From Tubulanus polymorphus (taxonomy: Eukaryota; Animalia; Nemertea): 64,000 nt of DNA. The stretch lies in contig NC_134036.1 of NCBI RefSeq assembly GCF_964204645.1, positions 7,850,812-7,914,811 on the forward strand, given 5' to 3'. The notes below the pieces were generated by a model. It made no database searches and had not been told where the DNA came from. It was given only the letters and a program-made list of their open reading frames with translations. Below, piece after piece: positions 1 through 14,035 of the stretch. The first letter of the stretch is position 1. The number at the start of each line of letters is the position of its first letter. Position numbers and translations under genes: made by a program.

Positions 1-479
1 ACGTGTATCTACCCTAGACACATCTTCAGCCAAAAAACTGGCCCTGTCAGAATCAAGATGGCTGACTGGCAGCCATTGTTGTTCGCCAAAATCGGCACTT
101 TTTACACATTTTTGAACTTTTTGAGGGAAATTTTGAAGACGCTTCGATCAATTACCTTGATCTTTCGGATATATATGAATCCCCCCAGGGCCCGTCAACG
201 AAACAAAAATTGGGTCGGTCGGACTCAAGATGGTCGTCCTATGACCTTTTTAGTGCCCAAAAATGTTAATTTTTGCCCGAATTCTGAGTCCTGTAGCTTC
301 CTACTGGTTTACCATTTCTCATTGCAATTTGTGATGGGTATTCTTTGGAAAGGGATGTTTTATACCTCAGACAGGTATTTTTCATCAGCCAATTATGACG
401 CAATTGGCGGTCATCTTGGTGTCACCAGTACTCATTCGTAAGTGGGAAAAAGTTTTTCCACATTATCTTGATACCTAAG

Positions 480-1045
480 CGTATTTTTTGCTACCACAAT
501 CAATTAGAAAGTTGTAGCTCATAACGTTTTATATGATTGTGGTGAGTTTCAAGGTAATTGGATTTCGTATATGGCCACCAGGGGGCGTTGAATAATACAA
601 TATCTTAGCAATTCTTTATTGTATTCGTACCTATGCATATTTTGTAACCACAATCAATTGGAAAGTTGTAGCTCATGACATCATCTATGATTGTTGTGAG
701 TTTTAAGGACATTAGTTTTTCTATATTACAATAACTTAGTATTTCCTTATTATATTGGTACCTAGGCATATTTTGTTACCATGATCAATTGCAAAGTTGT
801 AGTGCATGACATGTTCTATGATTGTGGTGAGTTTCGAGGTCATTGGGTTTTGAATATGGTCACCAGGGGGCGTTGAATAGTAGAATGACTTAGTATTTCC
901 ATATTAAATTGGTAACGAGGCATATTTTGTTATCACAATCAATAACAAAATCGTAGCTGCTGACATGTTCTATGATTTTGGTGAGTTTCAAGGTCGTTGG
1001 TTTTTATAAATGGTCACCAGGGCGCGTTAAATATTGAAATTGTTA
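480..1045 (+). repeat. Degenerate 120-160-bp tandem repeat
   Basis: AAAGTTGTAGCTCAT..TATGATTGTGGTGAGTTTCAAGG..CACCAGGGGGCGTTGAA occurs about four times. Confidence 0.75.
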
Positions 1046-1566
1046 GATTGTTGAGCATTTGAAACCATTTCCCAGGTGGGCATGGTGTCCCTGGACCCCT
1101 AGTTTTAATAACATTGTATAACCAACAGTTCCAACTGATAGTAATGCGCCGTTATATCACACATTTATTATCCACTTCTAATCCGCCATTTATTAAACAA
1201 AGAAATTACCATCTTCAAAATATTTAGTTATCTTATTCATAATTATTTCAACATGTATTTCATTACTACTTTTATGATTATGATATATTTCAGTTATTAT
1301 TTTCTTAATATCATCAATAATGAAATCTTCATCCAATTCATAAAATCTTAAAGACTCTCTTACTAAATCAGTGATCTTTTCTACATTAAAAGTTTCTTAA
1401 TTTATTGTTTTTTTCATGTTCAAATGTTATTTCATTAGTAAATACAATATTTTTAATATGTGTTACTACATCATTAATGTTAAATTTCATTTCTTTCTCG
1501 CGTTTCAAATCAAATCCAAAACATATACTCGGTCCAACAGTTATATTCATTTATATACTGAAAAAA

Positions 1567-2320
1567 TTATTCTTTACATCTTATAACTAATTCATAAATT
1601 ACAGGAAAGTTATTCAAATCAATTAAGTATCCATTATGATTTCTTATTTCTGATTTAAAATTATTGAAATGTGGAATGCATGGTTTGAAATTACATTCTG
1701 TTAAATTATAATTCATTTGGGTTCCAAATTGTTTAACATTTTTAATGGTAAAATATTTAATATACTAGAATTACAAATTGTATCTTTAGTTGCTTCAAAT
1801 GTTTTTGTCGGATCAATTAAATTTCAATAAATATAAAAGTGTGTTAAAGGCATTAAATTTGAATTACCGTCTACGTTTCCTGTAACAGTATATGGTTTAA
1901 TTCATAACATTTTAGCTATTGGTTTCTGTACCATAAATGCGTGTTTGGTTTCATCATCTAACTTTATTTTAATTTTATCAGAACTATCACTTTTTATAAA
2001 TCTAATTGAAAATTTATCTTCACTTCTAAGTTTTAATCGTGCTCTTCTGTTAATTTCTAGAGCTAATGTTTCTAAATTATATAATCATGGTTTTAAAAAT
2101 AGATGAAACCATTTATTTATATTTCTAACATGAATCATAAACAGTCTATGATCAATAGTTTTATCCGATATATTGAAAAATAAGTTACATAAACTAATAT
2201 TTACTAATTCTAAATCAACACAATTCTTAAATTCCCTATCTAATTGTACTAGTAAATTATGTGATTTAGTAACAATTTTCTAGAATCAACAAATATTCTG
2301 TATTCTTTTAATTCTACCAT
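1567..2320 (-). pseudogene. Minor capsid pseudogene
   Basis: High nucleotide similarity to 55584-56342; no intact ORF. Confidence 0.8.
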
Positions 2321-2845
2321 TTATTTTACATATTTTTATAATATTCGAAATCTATTTCATGGTGCCCTTTTTCATTCTTACCCTTATATATGAAATAGAA
2401 ATCACCAAAACATAATTCTTCTAAATCTTCACTTGATAATCTATGAAATCTATCTGGTAAATATGTTCTGAATTTGTATTCATTTCCTTTTAATCCTTCA
2501 TATTCTAAGTGGATAACTAATTTATCTCCATATTTGTTAGTAGCAGTATCAATATTTGTAATGAAATATATTGTGAATTGTTAATTCTGTTAACTTCTTA
2601 GATTTATAATCTACTGATTTGACATTTTTAGTATCTTTAATTCTATCTAAGAATTCACTGTGTATTTGTTTACTCTCCATTTTAATATCAAATTTTTTAT
2701 TAAAATTGAACATAACACTTACCTCTCAACGCGTCCCGCCACGTATGAGTACCCCACAAACACCCGCCTATTTATACTATTCAACAGTGGGGAATCCCCA
2801 GCTGCGTGTTGAGACTTGTAAATTATGAGGCTTGTGATTGGATAG

Positions 2846-2967
2846 AGTAATAGGGGATAAGTTGTTTCAAGTCAAAGGTTGAAAGGTCGGAAAATAAATT
2901 CGAGTGTGCGAGAATTTATTTTTCGACCTATCGACCTTTGGCTTGAAACAACATATCCCCTATAACT
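2846..2967. repeat. Terminal ~120-bp hairpin of fragment D
   Basis: AGTAATAGGGGATAAGTTGTTTCAAG...CTTGAAACAACATATCCCCTATAACT arms; loop GAGTGTGCGA. Confidence 0.9.
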
Positions 2968-3654
2968 GGAGCTTAATCCAGGCGTTTTATCACTTCATCT
3001 GTTGTGTTGTTCAGTGGCTGCTGTGATTTGGTCTGTAAAATGATGGTTTTGCAAATTTTTTATGTTGATAAAGCACGAGATATTTTTCGAACAAGGATAA
3101 TATGTACTCCATTGAACTTGGTCTTCCTTTAGCTAATAGGTAGTTTTATCAAGACACCTTATCATTCGTCGGCTCGTACCTTCACTCCTCTTTCTCTCCA
3201 ATGGTTGAGAAGAAAAGGACTAATTGAAACTATATCCATTGTTCTTCACTTGTGCCTCCATTCATCCTTCTGTGCAATGGTACATTTGAGGGCCTGCCTG
3301 TTAAGATGAAAATTATTTTGCACGTTATCAACACGGACTAGTTTAACTCAATATGAAAGAGAATAGATACGTACGCCTTATGTAGATTCATCCAGGCTCT
3401 GCATTCTCCTAGGCTAGTGCCTACATCCTTCATACTGTGCAGCGATTCGTGTGTGGGTAAACCTGCAAATATAGAATGAAGAAATTACTATTAAGTTTAG
3501 AAAAATCAATATCAGAGTTAAACAAGCAACGCCTGGGATTGTCTCTTTTCACTTGTGCCATCATACATCCTGCTCTCTGATGTTCCTTTTGAGAAGGCCT
3601 GTAAAAATGAAAATTAATTTGCAGTGTATGGAAACTGAATGTTAGAAATTAGGG

Positions 3655-4250
3655 TAATGCGCTCCATTTTGGAATTGGCCACTTCTTAGCTTTTAAATCT
3701 TAAGTTATCATATAACAATCATTTTGAAGCGAGACCTAACATTGCAATGCGCGCCATTTTGCAGAGCTTCTCGGGACCTGTGGTGACAGGTATGCATTGA
3801 AAATGACGAAATTAATAAAAACTTTACTTTTTATGACATGTATGTAGTATTGGGTATGATATCAATTGCTAAGCATAGATTAAGTTAATATTAAGTTCAT
3901 ATAAAACAATTATTATTATGACGCAAGACCTCACACGGCAGCTCGCGCCATTTTGCAGAGCTACTCGGGACCTAGCTGTGGACAGGTCTGAGTTTAAACT
4001 GATGAAATGTATAAAAAATTGACTTTTTATTAATTTCTATGAGCTCTTTATAATAATGAATATAATATCAATTGCTAACTATAGATATAGTTAATCTTAA
4101 GTTACTATAAAACAATTATTATGACGCAAGACCTCATACTGCAACGCGCACCAATTTGCAGAGCTACTGGTGTGCATTTAAACTGAATAAAAACTTTACT
4201 TTTTATATACTCTTTATAGTAATGAGTATAATATCAATTGCTAACCGTTC
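3655..4250 (-). repeat. Diverged inverted copies of the ~182-bp satellite
   Basis: GCGCCATTTTGCAGAGCT..CGGGACCT at ~3750, 3945 and 4147 is the reverse complement of the 6040-7075 unit. Confidence 0.85.
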
Positions 4251-6039
4251 TAACTAAATTCTTCAAATTACCTCTTTTTCACCAGTCATGGTGCACGGCT
4301 AGTTGTATATCTGTACAATTCGTATCGTCGTGCGCTGGACTCTGTTCCAGCAATCTGATAATCCTAATCCAGGTGAAATAGTGGAAGATCTAGCGATTTT
4401 AAACAATCCTGACGCACACACGGGTGGCTCTGCGTAGTAAATTGTCTACGTCCCCAAAAGGATACACCTCTATATAGTCATCGTCGCAGAAATCAATTGT
4501 TTCATTTTAGGGTTCAATTTAGATTAAGGGCAAATTTCACTAACTTCTCATGAATTGTAACTCTCAATGAATGAATGCAGTTTTACAACACTAACTTAAT
4601 TTATTTATTAATTTTCATAAATAATGGTACATAATGCACTAGGGCTTAAGTGGTATATGTCTGGTGATCGACAATCCTCAATTATCACGGCCGACTCCCA
4701 AACGATATTTAATCACACTGGCGCCCTACCCGATGTTTATTCAAGGGCGTCGCCAATACTACGTATGGTACGGTACTTGAGATGCCGTTATCGTTAACAA
4801 TTTACCTGACGAGGAATTCGTAAAGAAATGTATACCGATCAACAACAGAGTAAGAGCATAATATTAGAAACAGGATTTTTATTGAAAAGTTATAAAACCA
4901 AGGAACAAAAAAGAAATCTACAGCAATCAAGTCCAAAATAATGGCTCCATTCCCGGTTAAACCCTTGCTTTAGGTCCGGGAGGTATTTTGTACGAATGTA
5001 AAATGAAAACAAATAAATATTTTCTTCCTTATCAACTTGAATCATTTTCGAGATTTACGACGGTTCAGAATATGTATTCAGAGACATTCTGTCTCTACAT
5101 AGTTTATATTAACTGTTGCATGTTCTTTGTCTTAAGTACTGTCCTGAATGGATGTTGATATTTCATTGCATATAACTTTTGTAATCATTTGGAGCAATCG
5201 GATAAAGTTAAAGTTAAAGTCTATCTAACTCGATATTTGTCCACAAATGTTTTTCCATTCGTCTAGCACATGCCAAGACATTCCGCCGTTTCGTCAAATA
5301 TAGTCGTGAGTTTGGTCCTTTTTGGGACCTGACATGACAGGTCAGACCTATCATGTCAGGTCTCGAGACCTGACATGACAGGTTCTCGAAACTCTGCAGA
5401 CAGTCTACATCAATCCGAGAAGTGGTCCTCTAGAAGTATACTCCACACATACTGTCCATGCATGTCTCTGTAACCGAAGGTAGAGACTAAAACACGGTTC
5501 AGACTCGGCAGCGGACACCAGCCAGGAAAATATTTTAAAACGTGTATTGTGGGTACCTAGCACGATTTCAGTGTTTTTCAGGAATTCCCTGATATTTCGG
5601 CGTTTTTCGGAAATTCCCTGAAATTTTAGCGTTTTCATTTCAGCGTTTCAGCCTTTTCAGCGAAGTTCAGGAACCGCTACCCGAGTGCGGTCGACCCAGG
5701 CAGACTAGACAACGACTACGCTACCTATGGACGACTACATTCACTACCAGAATTATTATTTTATATATTTACACGAACCGCTACATTACTAAGACCGATC
5801 GAAAATGGCATGGTCACTGTTCGACCGAGTTTAACGTTGCTGATGATGTCAGCCGAGTGGTCTACATGTGTCCAAGTTAAACGGTCGATAGTTAAACGGT
5901 GCAGAGTTTCTATATCAGTCGAAAGAAACTTGGCCTGTTACATATCCTGTCGCGCATCCGGTGGAAGATGATCGTCAAAAAGGTGTGAATAAAACGACTG
6001 GGTACTCAATGCTACATACATATTCATTTTGTCATTTTT

Positions 6040-7075
6040 AATGCAGACCTGTCACCACAGGTCCCGAAAAGCTCTGCAAAATGGCGCGCGTTGCAATGTT
6101 AGGTCTCGCTTCAAAATAATTGTTTTATAGTATTTAATCTATCTATGGTTAGCAATTGATGTTATACTCATTACTATATATAGGTTATAAAAAGAAAAGT
6201 TTTTTCCATTTCATCAGTTTACATGCAGACCTGTCACCACAGGTCTCGAGAAGCTCTGCAAAATGGCGCGTTGCCGTGTGAGGTCACGCTTCATGATTAT
6301 TGTATGATAGTAACTTAAGATTAACTATATCCATGGTTATCAATTGATATTATACTCATAACAATATATGGGTTATAAAAAGTAAAGTTTTTTTCCATTT
6401 CATCAGTTTAAATGCAGACCTGTCACCACAGGTCTCGAGAAGCTCTGCAAAATGGCGCGCGTTGCAATGTTAGGTCTCGCTTCAAAATAATTGTTTTATA
6501 GTATTTAATCTATCTATGGTTAGCAATTGATGTTATACTCATTACTATATATAGGTTATAAAAAGAAAAGTTTTTTCCATTTCATCAGTTTACATGCAGA
6601 CCTGTCACCACAGGTCTCGAGAAGCTCTGCAAAATGGCGCGCGTTGCAATGTTAGGTCTCGCTTCAAAATAATTGTTTTATAGTATTTAGTCTATCTATG
6701 GTTAGCAATTGATGTTATACTCATTACTATATATAGGTTATAAAAAGAAAAGTTTTTTCCATTTCATCAGTTTACATGCAGACCTGTCACCACAGGTCTC
6801 GAGAAGCTCTGCAAAATGGCGCGCGTTGCAATGTTAGGTCTCGCTTCAAAATTATTGTTTTATAGTAACTTAAGATTTAATCTATCTATGGTTAGCAAAT
6901 GATGTTATACTCATTACTTTAAATGGGTAATAAAAAAGTAAAGTTTTCTTCCATTTCATCAGTTTTCAAGCAGACCTGTCACCGCAGGTCTCGAGAAGCT
7001 CTGCGAAATAACGCGAGCTGCCGTGTGAGGTCTCACTTCATAATCATTGTTTAATAGTACACAGGTCTCGAGAAG
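6040..7075 (+). repeat. ~182-bp tandem satellite, about 5.5 units
   Basis: ATGCAGACCTGTCACCACAGGTC...GCTCTGCAAAATGGCGCG recurs at ~6041, 6223, 6412, 6595, 6777 and 6968. Confidence 0.92.
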
Positions 7076-7740
7076 ATAATATTCATTACTATAATTTTGT
7101 AGGAAGTGCATCCGTCGATAGTGAAATCTATCAACACTTATCTTGAAAACTTGCCTCACCAAAGCACACACAGCTGCCCAGCTTGTCCGACGGAAAATTT
7201 AAACCGGCTCGAAAATCGAAGTTGAAAATCCACCTAAAAGTCATCAGAAGTCTGCTGTATTGTTCCATGGTTTGTCATTAAAAAAGCTGTTGGAAATATT
7301 TTCTTCTACATAATTGCCTCATTATAAATAACGACTTCGGTAACTTCATCTTTATATAAAAAACAATTATTAGTCGGAGAGAGTTTTTCGAAGCACATGT
7401 GAAAACTCATGCGCAGCGGCAAAAAAACTATATCGGCAATCTGTAGAAAACTATTGGTCAATCGTTACCACCAGAACTACCTGCTCAGACAGCAACCTCA
7501 ATTGACGTTCCACCGATACGGCGAGCAGAACCAGAATCAGTAACAACAGGAATCGCGTATACTGAACCCCAGTTGAATAACAGTCCGTTGTCAACTGTTC
7601 ATAGTGAAAGGATCGTCGAGTGCCGATCGAAAGCAATTGGAAAAACTAGTTCGAATAGCGTAAGCGTTACTTGTTAACAATGTTGTAAAACGATCAAACA
7701 TAAACGCAATCGGAATACTCACCTGAAAACGCACAAAATT

Positions 7741-10700
7741 ATGAAAATCGACGAAAACCGACATCATCAGGGAATTTGCGTTGATGCACAAAGTGGGATT
7801 TTATTAATTGCAAATGCCAATCGTGGCGCCGGGCATCCGATACATGTAGCAGCAAAAACTGGCCCGAATTCGAAATTTTTGTGTGAAAATTACTCGTGTT
7901 ATGTAACCACCTCCGCAGTATCGAGAGGCGGGAATGTTACTTACCAGTGTCCGCATATACGCAGCACTTATCACGCATCAGCATATGTGGAAACCGCGAT
8001 GGAACATTCTTGCTTAGACCGAATGGTGGAAGGCAAATTGATTACCGAATCAAACAAGTCCGATTGCAAGAAGCTCGCCAAATGCTCTTATAAGGAAGCG
8101 CGTCCGTTAGTCACTCCGTGGCACATTAGTGAAAGATTTTTATTTTTATCTGTTTTTTTGCGAAGATGAACGGTCGTGGTGTCGACTACAAAGATATGTT
8201 GTTACATACGATAAAACTGCTAATCAACTGAATTGTAGGAGCTCAAAGGGTAGTCGCGGGTGTATACATAAGTTGATTGCGAAGTGGTTTTTGTTCCAAC
8301 GCGAAATAGCGTACTCCGAGAGTAAGGAAACATTAGCCGATGACACTGTGAATTTAGAATCTGAATCCAACAATGAGACGTTTAGTGGTAGGTGCCCTAT
8401 CAACTAATTATTATCACGTTTGAACAGAAACTGCGTCAATGCGCTGTTACATCCTCTACCCTATCTATCTAATACAGGTGATAACACATACCCGCTAACT
8501 GGAGATAGATTGATAAAGATGACACAGTACAACAAACAAAATAAATCTATACCAGCAAAGCCACCACAAATCTATTCAATTTCGGTACCAACCGAAATTA
8601 GACCGATCGAGGAGAAATGCTCTATCTGTCGTTACGGCGATCTATGCGAACTTCGCTACGCGTGTCGCGGAAAACTGATTGATACACACACAGTTTATAC
8701 AGGTAATTATTGTAAAAAATATTCAATTTACTGCGAATTTGACTTTGTCTTATAGACCGGGTACACCAGAAAATACGGTAAGCATTTTTTGATTATTAGA
8801 TTCGAAACTTTGATCAATAACTTGATTTTTTTTTCGGACATCCTATTTTTCGTCAAGTTGTGCACGAAATGTGGCCAATGGTACAGATATCAAGAACACA
8901 CTGACGGGATACACAATTTTGATAACAGCACGTTTCTTTCTATCCTCCTCTGCCTATGGCTTTAATCCGGATTGACGGTAGGTTATGCGCCGTAGTTTCG
9001 TCATCGTTTTTCTCGTTTTGTTTTAGCAGCTGTTGTCGTTTTTAGTCATAACATGTATATTCTTTTTAACAGAATCACACTGCAATAAATCGAATGCATT
9101 CCATAATCGAAGAAGCAAATGATGTAAAGATAAATCACGATACAGTATTAAATGGGTATCTGCATTTCGAGAGCATGATACAACACACATCATTCAATGC
9201 GGCTACCATCCGCCCGTTCTTATGTTTGATGTCTACCGTAAAGTTGCATTTCGTCTGAATGGTAACTGTTCCTCATATATCAAGGATTTTACACACCGAT
9301 TTTTTACATATAACATAATGAACCGATTATTTCGATGATAAAATTCCTAACAAATTTGTTTCTAGTTGGAGACTTGAAAGTTTTAAATCCGAATGACTGT
9401 TCAGATACAGTGGATACGATGGAGATAATAAATTTTGGCAAATCAAAAGTTGAGTGCAATAACCTATAATAGATCATTACTGAATAGCGATCACAAAATA
9501 ATGAAATATATTTATTCTTAAGGCTACACGGAAGACCGATTGCAGCCGAACCTATGCAACTGGGCCCCTTGGTTTGTCGACGGGGTGAAATTGTTGTCAA
9601 TACTGAGTACAAGAAGTCTCAACAACATGCCTCCGACGTCGATGAAGATACTGCGGAAAATCTACAGATAACTGCAGAGGAAATATTGCAATTCATGTAT
9701 GACAAAGAGGAACGTAAAACCGTAAAGAAAACGTTAAGAAAATTACGCGATATATTCAATCTATGTATAACTGCAATTCCTTTTCTATTTTGGCAATAGT
9801 ATACATTGAATGACGTGAAAAAAGTATGCCGGAGTTTCGGGATCAAACCGAATGGTTCAAATGTCGACCTCTTGCGAAATATCCGAGACACGGTCTTTGC
9901 CTAAGATGTGACGATAAAAAAATTCGTTAAGCTTTGGGGAGCCTCAGGAAATTTCTTTCAACCCACTCAAGTGCATACACCCTCTTGTATTTCATCCACT
10001 AAAGATTACACTAAAATACATTTGTACTGGCACTGTCAATTTTTAGGTGGATGGCATGCTGCAACTTGTCTGCACGGAGTTGCGTATGCAGTAAAGACAA
10101 TGTTAGAATGAGAGAGTGCGCTAGACCACGTGGCCATACTAATGTCCATGAAACAAATACCGACAATAACAGTAAGCAACATGGCGGGTGCCTTGGTTAA
10201 GCACGGAATCAAGAGAGATCCGAATATGTTTCCTCCGTATGATGGCCGGCTTCTTGAGCCAACCGAGGATAATATTCGAAGGGCGAAAGAAAACAAGCTC
10301 GACATTAACTTTAAATTTTTGGAAGATGCAGCTTTTGAGGCAAGTCGGTATACAACGCCAAATAACGACCACATGTATGCGAACAATGGTTATCCAATAA
10401 CCAAAACGTCAAATCGCTACGTGTTATTGGATAGATTCCACGAGTCGAACAGCAGTTCAGAAGCCGAAAATTTGCGTCGGATTAATCATGTCCGACAATT
10501 ACGTGGCTGGCTAAACAGTCAGCCACAAGAACAAATCAACAACCGAATTCGTCGTGATATTTATTTTCTGGACGTAAGGAGCCCAGTAAAACACGTGTTT
10601 GTCATGCGACTGATCGTCCACTCGTGGAACCAGAAGATATATCGGCAGCTGATTTCCGAAATAGAAAAGTGCAGCGATTTGCCGACATCTTTCGATGATT

Positions 10701-10744
10701 TTGGTCGGATTAAATTAAATGGTAATGTAAACTATGATATATAA
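7741..10744 (+). pseudogene. Decayed KDZ/Zisupton-like transposase-related gene with introns
   Basis: SWIM-like C..CIH, Cys clusters, SAP-like TLNDVKKVCRSFGIKPNGSNVDLL (~9800-9890), GGW..TCLHGV.YAVK, DRFH and NSQ..EQ.N motifs; many stops. Confidence 0.6.
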
Positions 10745-10879
10745 GCCCTTAGACGATAGATATCAATGCCATTTCTATAATCCAGACCATAATCAATTTT
10801 GCAGCTTATACCGAACCAGCCGAAAACGACGTGAACGCCGAAAACGATGATTAGCAACAAAGAGACGTCACCAACGACA

Positions 10880-11240
10880 TGGCAAACGAGGCTCATTTCT
10901 AATTCCTATTATTTGACGTACACTGACCCTATATTCAAACAGTTAAATGTCCTCAAGCTCAAAGATATTGATAACCCCTAACTAGGTACTTTTATCGAAT
11001 AATTAGTCCACTCTGAATTATCGGAATCATTCGAAAATTATTGAAGCCAAATTTTTCAAATCTACAGTCATAATACTCCGTGACGTCAAGATTTACACAC
11101 ACTTTCTCACAATAGCAAAAGAAGAACAACTTCTGTTAAAATATCCGGCCCTTTACTTCGGAATAACATCAGTCACATCAGTCACAATCTAAAAAATCTG
11201 GAAAATTCTAAACTGTTTCTGAGAATTTATAGAAAAAAAA
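10880..11240 (+). mobile_element. LINE (CR1/L2-like) 3' ORF2 remnant
   Basis: Translates to HTDPIFKQLNVLKLKDI and SVKISGPLL.NNI. Confidence 0.6.
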
Positions 11241-12644
11241 ATACTTTGCTCTTGATTACATTATATATTTATCCTCTGATTAAAACTCAAATTATAGTTG
11301 TAATGAAAAAATACAATTACACGTCAATCTAACTGTTAATGATCTGTGTAATTGTGTGTGTTGAGGGTTGACTGTGACCGTGTTTTTTGTTATCTTTCCC
11401 GTTTTTCTTTTCCACTTTTATCTTTTGAGGGACTTTTTTATATAAACTCTTTCTTAGTTTTTACGGAGCCATTCGAGTCTAATTTACAGTATTTTGTGTA
11501 ACGCTTTGCTGCATTCTGCTGCATATTATATTTGAAAAATGGAGCGTTCATTCATTCTTTCCAGGTGACACTTTCATTTCGTGTGCCGTATCTATTCCTG
11601 TTAAAGGAAAATTCACTTTGTCGATTGCTAGCTTTATATTTAGTCATTATTTATATTTTGTCTGAATGCAGAATGAAAGCAGTTCTGAGAAATAGTTGAG
11701 GTATGTTCTGAAGGCTGTCCTCTTATTAAGAGCTTAAAAAAGCTTCGAGCTGGAACTGGATACAATGCTTTTAAAAAAGCAGAGTTAATAAAACTGAATT
11801 TAATGGGATTAAATGATGTATTCCAAGAATGAACTGAAATTATTAAGTAAATTCCTAACATTACGCCCAGTTAAGTCTGGTATAATACTAAAACGCACGG
11901 AGAGCCTCGAATCTGCGGTAGAACGGCAGCAACATTTCAGCTCGTAGAGTTACTACGAAAGATTTCTACCGGCGTTGCTGTTCCACGGCCGTAGTTTTAA
12001 GCAAAAAAAAACTGTCTGACGAATGCCCGTCCATGCAGCAGCAAAACGTCGACTATGTTCTCTTCTACCCCCACGATCATGTACCTATTTCCCTGGCTGG
12101 AATTTACGATAACAAGTCCAATCACGCCGTATGACTTGCTCTGTCTTCATTTGCATTATTATAAGCACCATGTGTGTAATGTTTGTTCGTTAGATGCTTC
12201 ACCGCATGTATGTATTCTTGCGAAGTGTACACTCGAATGGCTGACCGCCTCTGTGGCTCCTGCTATGCTGAACCTAGCGACTTCTTTGCATGGAAGCCTC
12301 GCTGCACATTTCACGAGAAAAAGTCATGCTTGCCTTGTCCGTTTTTCGTTGGATTCTGAACTATTAGCCTGAAAACAATTATGTTCAAATTTATTCAGAT
12401 TCATAACATACAACCGAGCTAGTACCTTCTCCCGTAACCCCCACACACGTACGGGCGGTCTTCACTGTAGCATTTTTTGGTGGTCGGTAAGTCTCTTTTC
12501 GTTAATTTTCTTACACCCCAGAATGCAATAGAATATGCTTTGCATTTCAGACAGTATCGAACTTCACAATATTAAGTAACATATTCCACACCAAAAGGAT
12601 AGTGTTAAGTAATTAGTTATGTGGCTTTCGTGTTATCTCTTACT

Positions 12645-12960
12645 CCCCAGTGGGCACGACAACGTCGTTTCAACGTTGAAACAACGTTGTGTAAAGACGT
12701 CGGATATTGATCGATAATGAAAATTGAAACAACGTCATTTTCTGACTAAATTACAATGTCATGTATACGACGTTAATACAACGTGGTTTCAACGTTGAAA
12801 CAACGTTATTCAAACACGTCGTTATCCAAACACGTTGAATTTTGATAAATAACGAAAATTAAATCGACGTCGTTTTCCGACCAGTTATAGACGTCATGTA
12901 TGCGATGGATACAACATCATTTCAACCAAATACCAACGTAATCTTTTATCATTAAACGAC
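12645..12960 (+). repeat. AACGTT-rich MITE-like repeat
   Basis: CCCAGTGGGCAC start followed by repeated TTTCAACGTTGAAACAACGTT units. Confidence 0.55.
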
Positions 12961-12997
12961 ATGATAACAGCTCCGTATTTACGTTGAACCTTCAATT

Positions 12998-14035
12998 ACT
13001 GGCCGCTCCAAGAAACTGGCTAGGCGTTGGATCGGCGCATGTGAGGTCACCGCCCGCGTAAACGATGTGACCTATGAATTAGTAACACCTAACGGATTAT
13101 CCCGCGTAGTCCATTTCGATCGACTTAAAGCATTTCTCGACCCCCGGCGTTGATGTGGAATCCGATCCTGAAACTGACGTTCCTCCTAGAACGAAGTCCG
13201 GACTGGCCGTCCGCCCACCGACTCGCTATCTGGAGACGTGTTAATGATCATTTGCGTTTCTATATATTTTTCAGCTAACTCGAACAATGAAGATCACAAG
13301 CAAGAAGATCTCCGAAACCAGCCGATCAGCGTTTAGATACGCTCCTGGTAAAATCAAGTCAGGTGTGGCACGTATGTGACCGGTTCTTCCAACTTACAAC
13401 GAGTAAACGACGACACGTCAGGACGTGTCGACGCAAGGCCGCTGCCCGTTTAGAGACACAATCGGTATACCAATGCTTACAATGCGGTTTCGAAACGACC
13501 ACCGACGCGACGGTTCGCCGCTATGTAACGTCAGCACATTTATCGCGACGTCACCGCCAACCGCGATTCGCTATTGGGACTGATTAGACGCCGGTCCAGA
13601 CCGGCATCCGTCAGATGAACTTCCTCCCTGCACAATCGTGCGGAGGCTGTCCGTGCTGGAAAAACGTCTCTTATTTATTTTATTTAATTTTATACGATAC
13701 TATCTAGTGAGGATCAAATTCTAACCTTTTGTTGTCGCCTGTCACCCTCTTTTAGAACCTGTTCGACCCTATTACCTGTTTTTGTATGTAAATAATCCTG
13801 TCTTTTTCCGTATTGTATTTTCCGTGTTCCGTAATGATTTAGCGTTCGCGGCCATATGTATTATTTTTCGGGCTTCCCCCGCAAGGTGTCACTCGCAAGG
13901 GGAGTCTCCGGTATCTATTGTTGAGATTTCTTGACTCCGGGCCGGTTGCGGTGCACGTTGCCGGGCCGGTCGGTGAACTCGTTTGCCGGTTCGTTAATTA
14001 ACGTTGGTAATTGTTGGTCAAGGGGGGACAGTCTT
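12998..14035 (+). mobile_element. Ty3/Gypsy LTR-retrotransposon 3' remnant
   Basis: SKKLARRWIGACEV..RVNDVTYEL..RVVHFDRLK (GPY/F-type integrase tail) at 12998-13140; polypurine-tract-like AAGGGGGGA at ~14020. Confidence 0.6.

Larger units (their letters stand above)
1112..2967 (-). mobile_element. Polinton fragment D (terminus, small gene, minor capsid, two downstream genes; no pPolB)
   Basis: 1112-2320 is collinear with 55133-56342; 2342-2680 is homologous to 30244-30597; 2681-2912 matches 45783-46014. Confidence 0.88.

Noticed and set aside
58-441. 127-aa ORF and similar short ORFs in host DNA (e.g. 12055, 15564, 33879, 63129)
   Set aside because: No recognisable domains; lie in repeats or have random-like composition
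12608-12644. AGTAATTAGTTATGTGGCTTTC, resembling the first 22 nt of element A's TIR
   Set aside because: Too short, no TSD or adjacent Polinton sequence; possibly a solo terminus but not supportable
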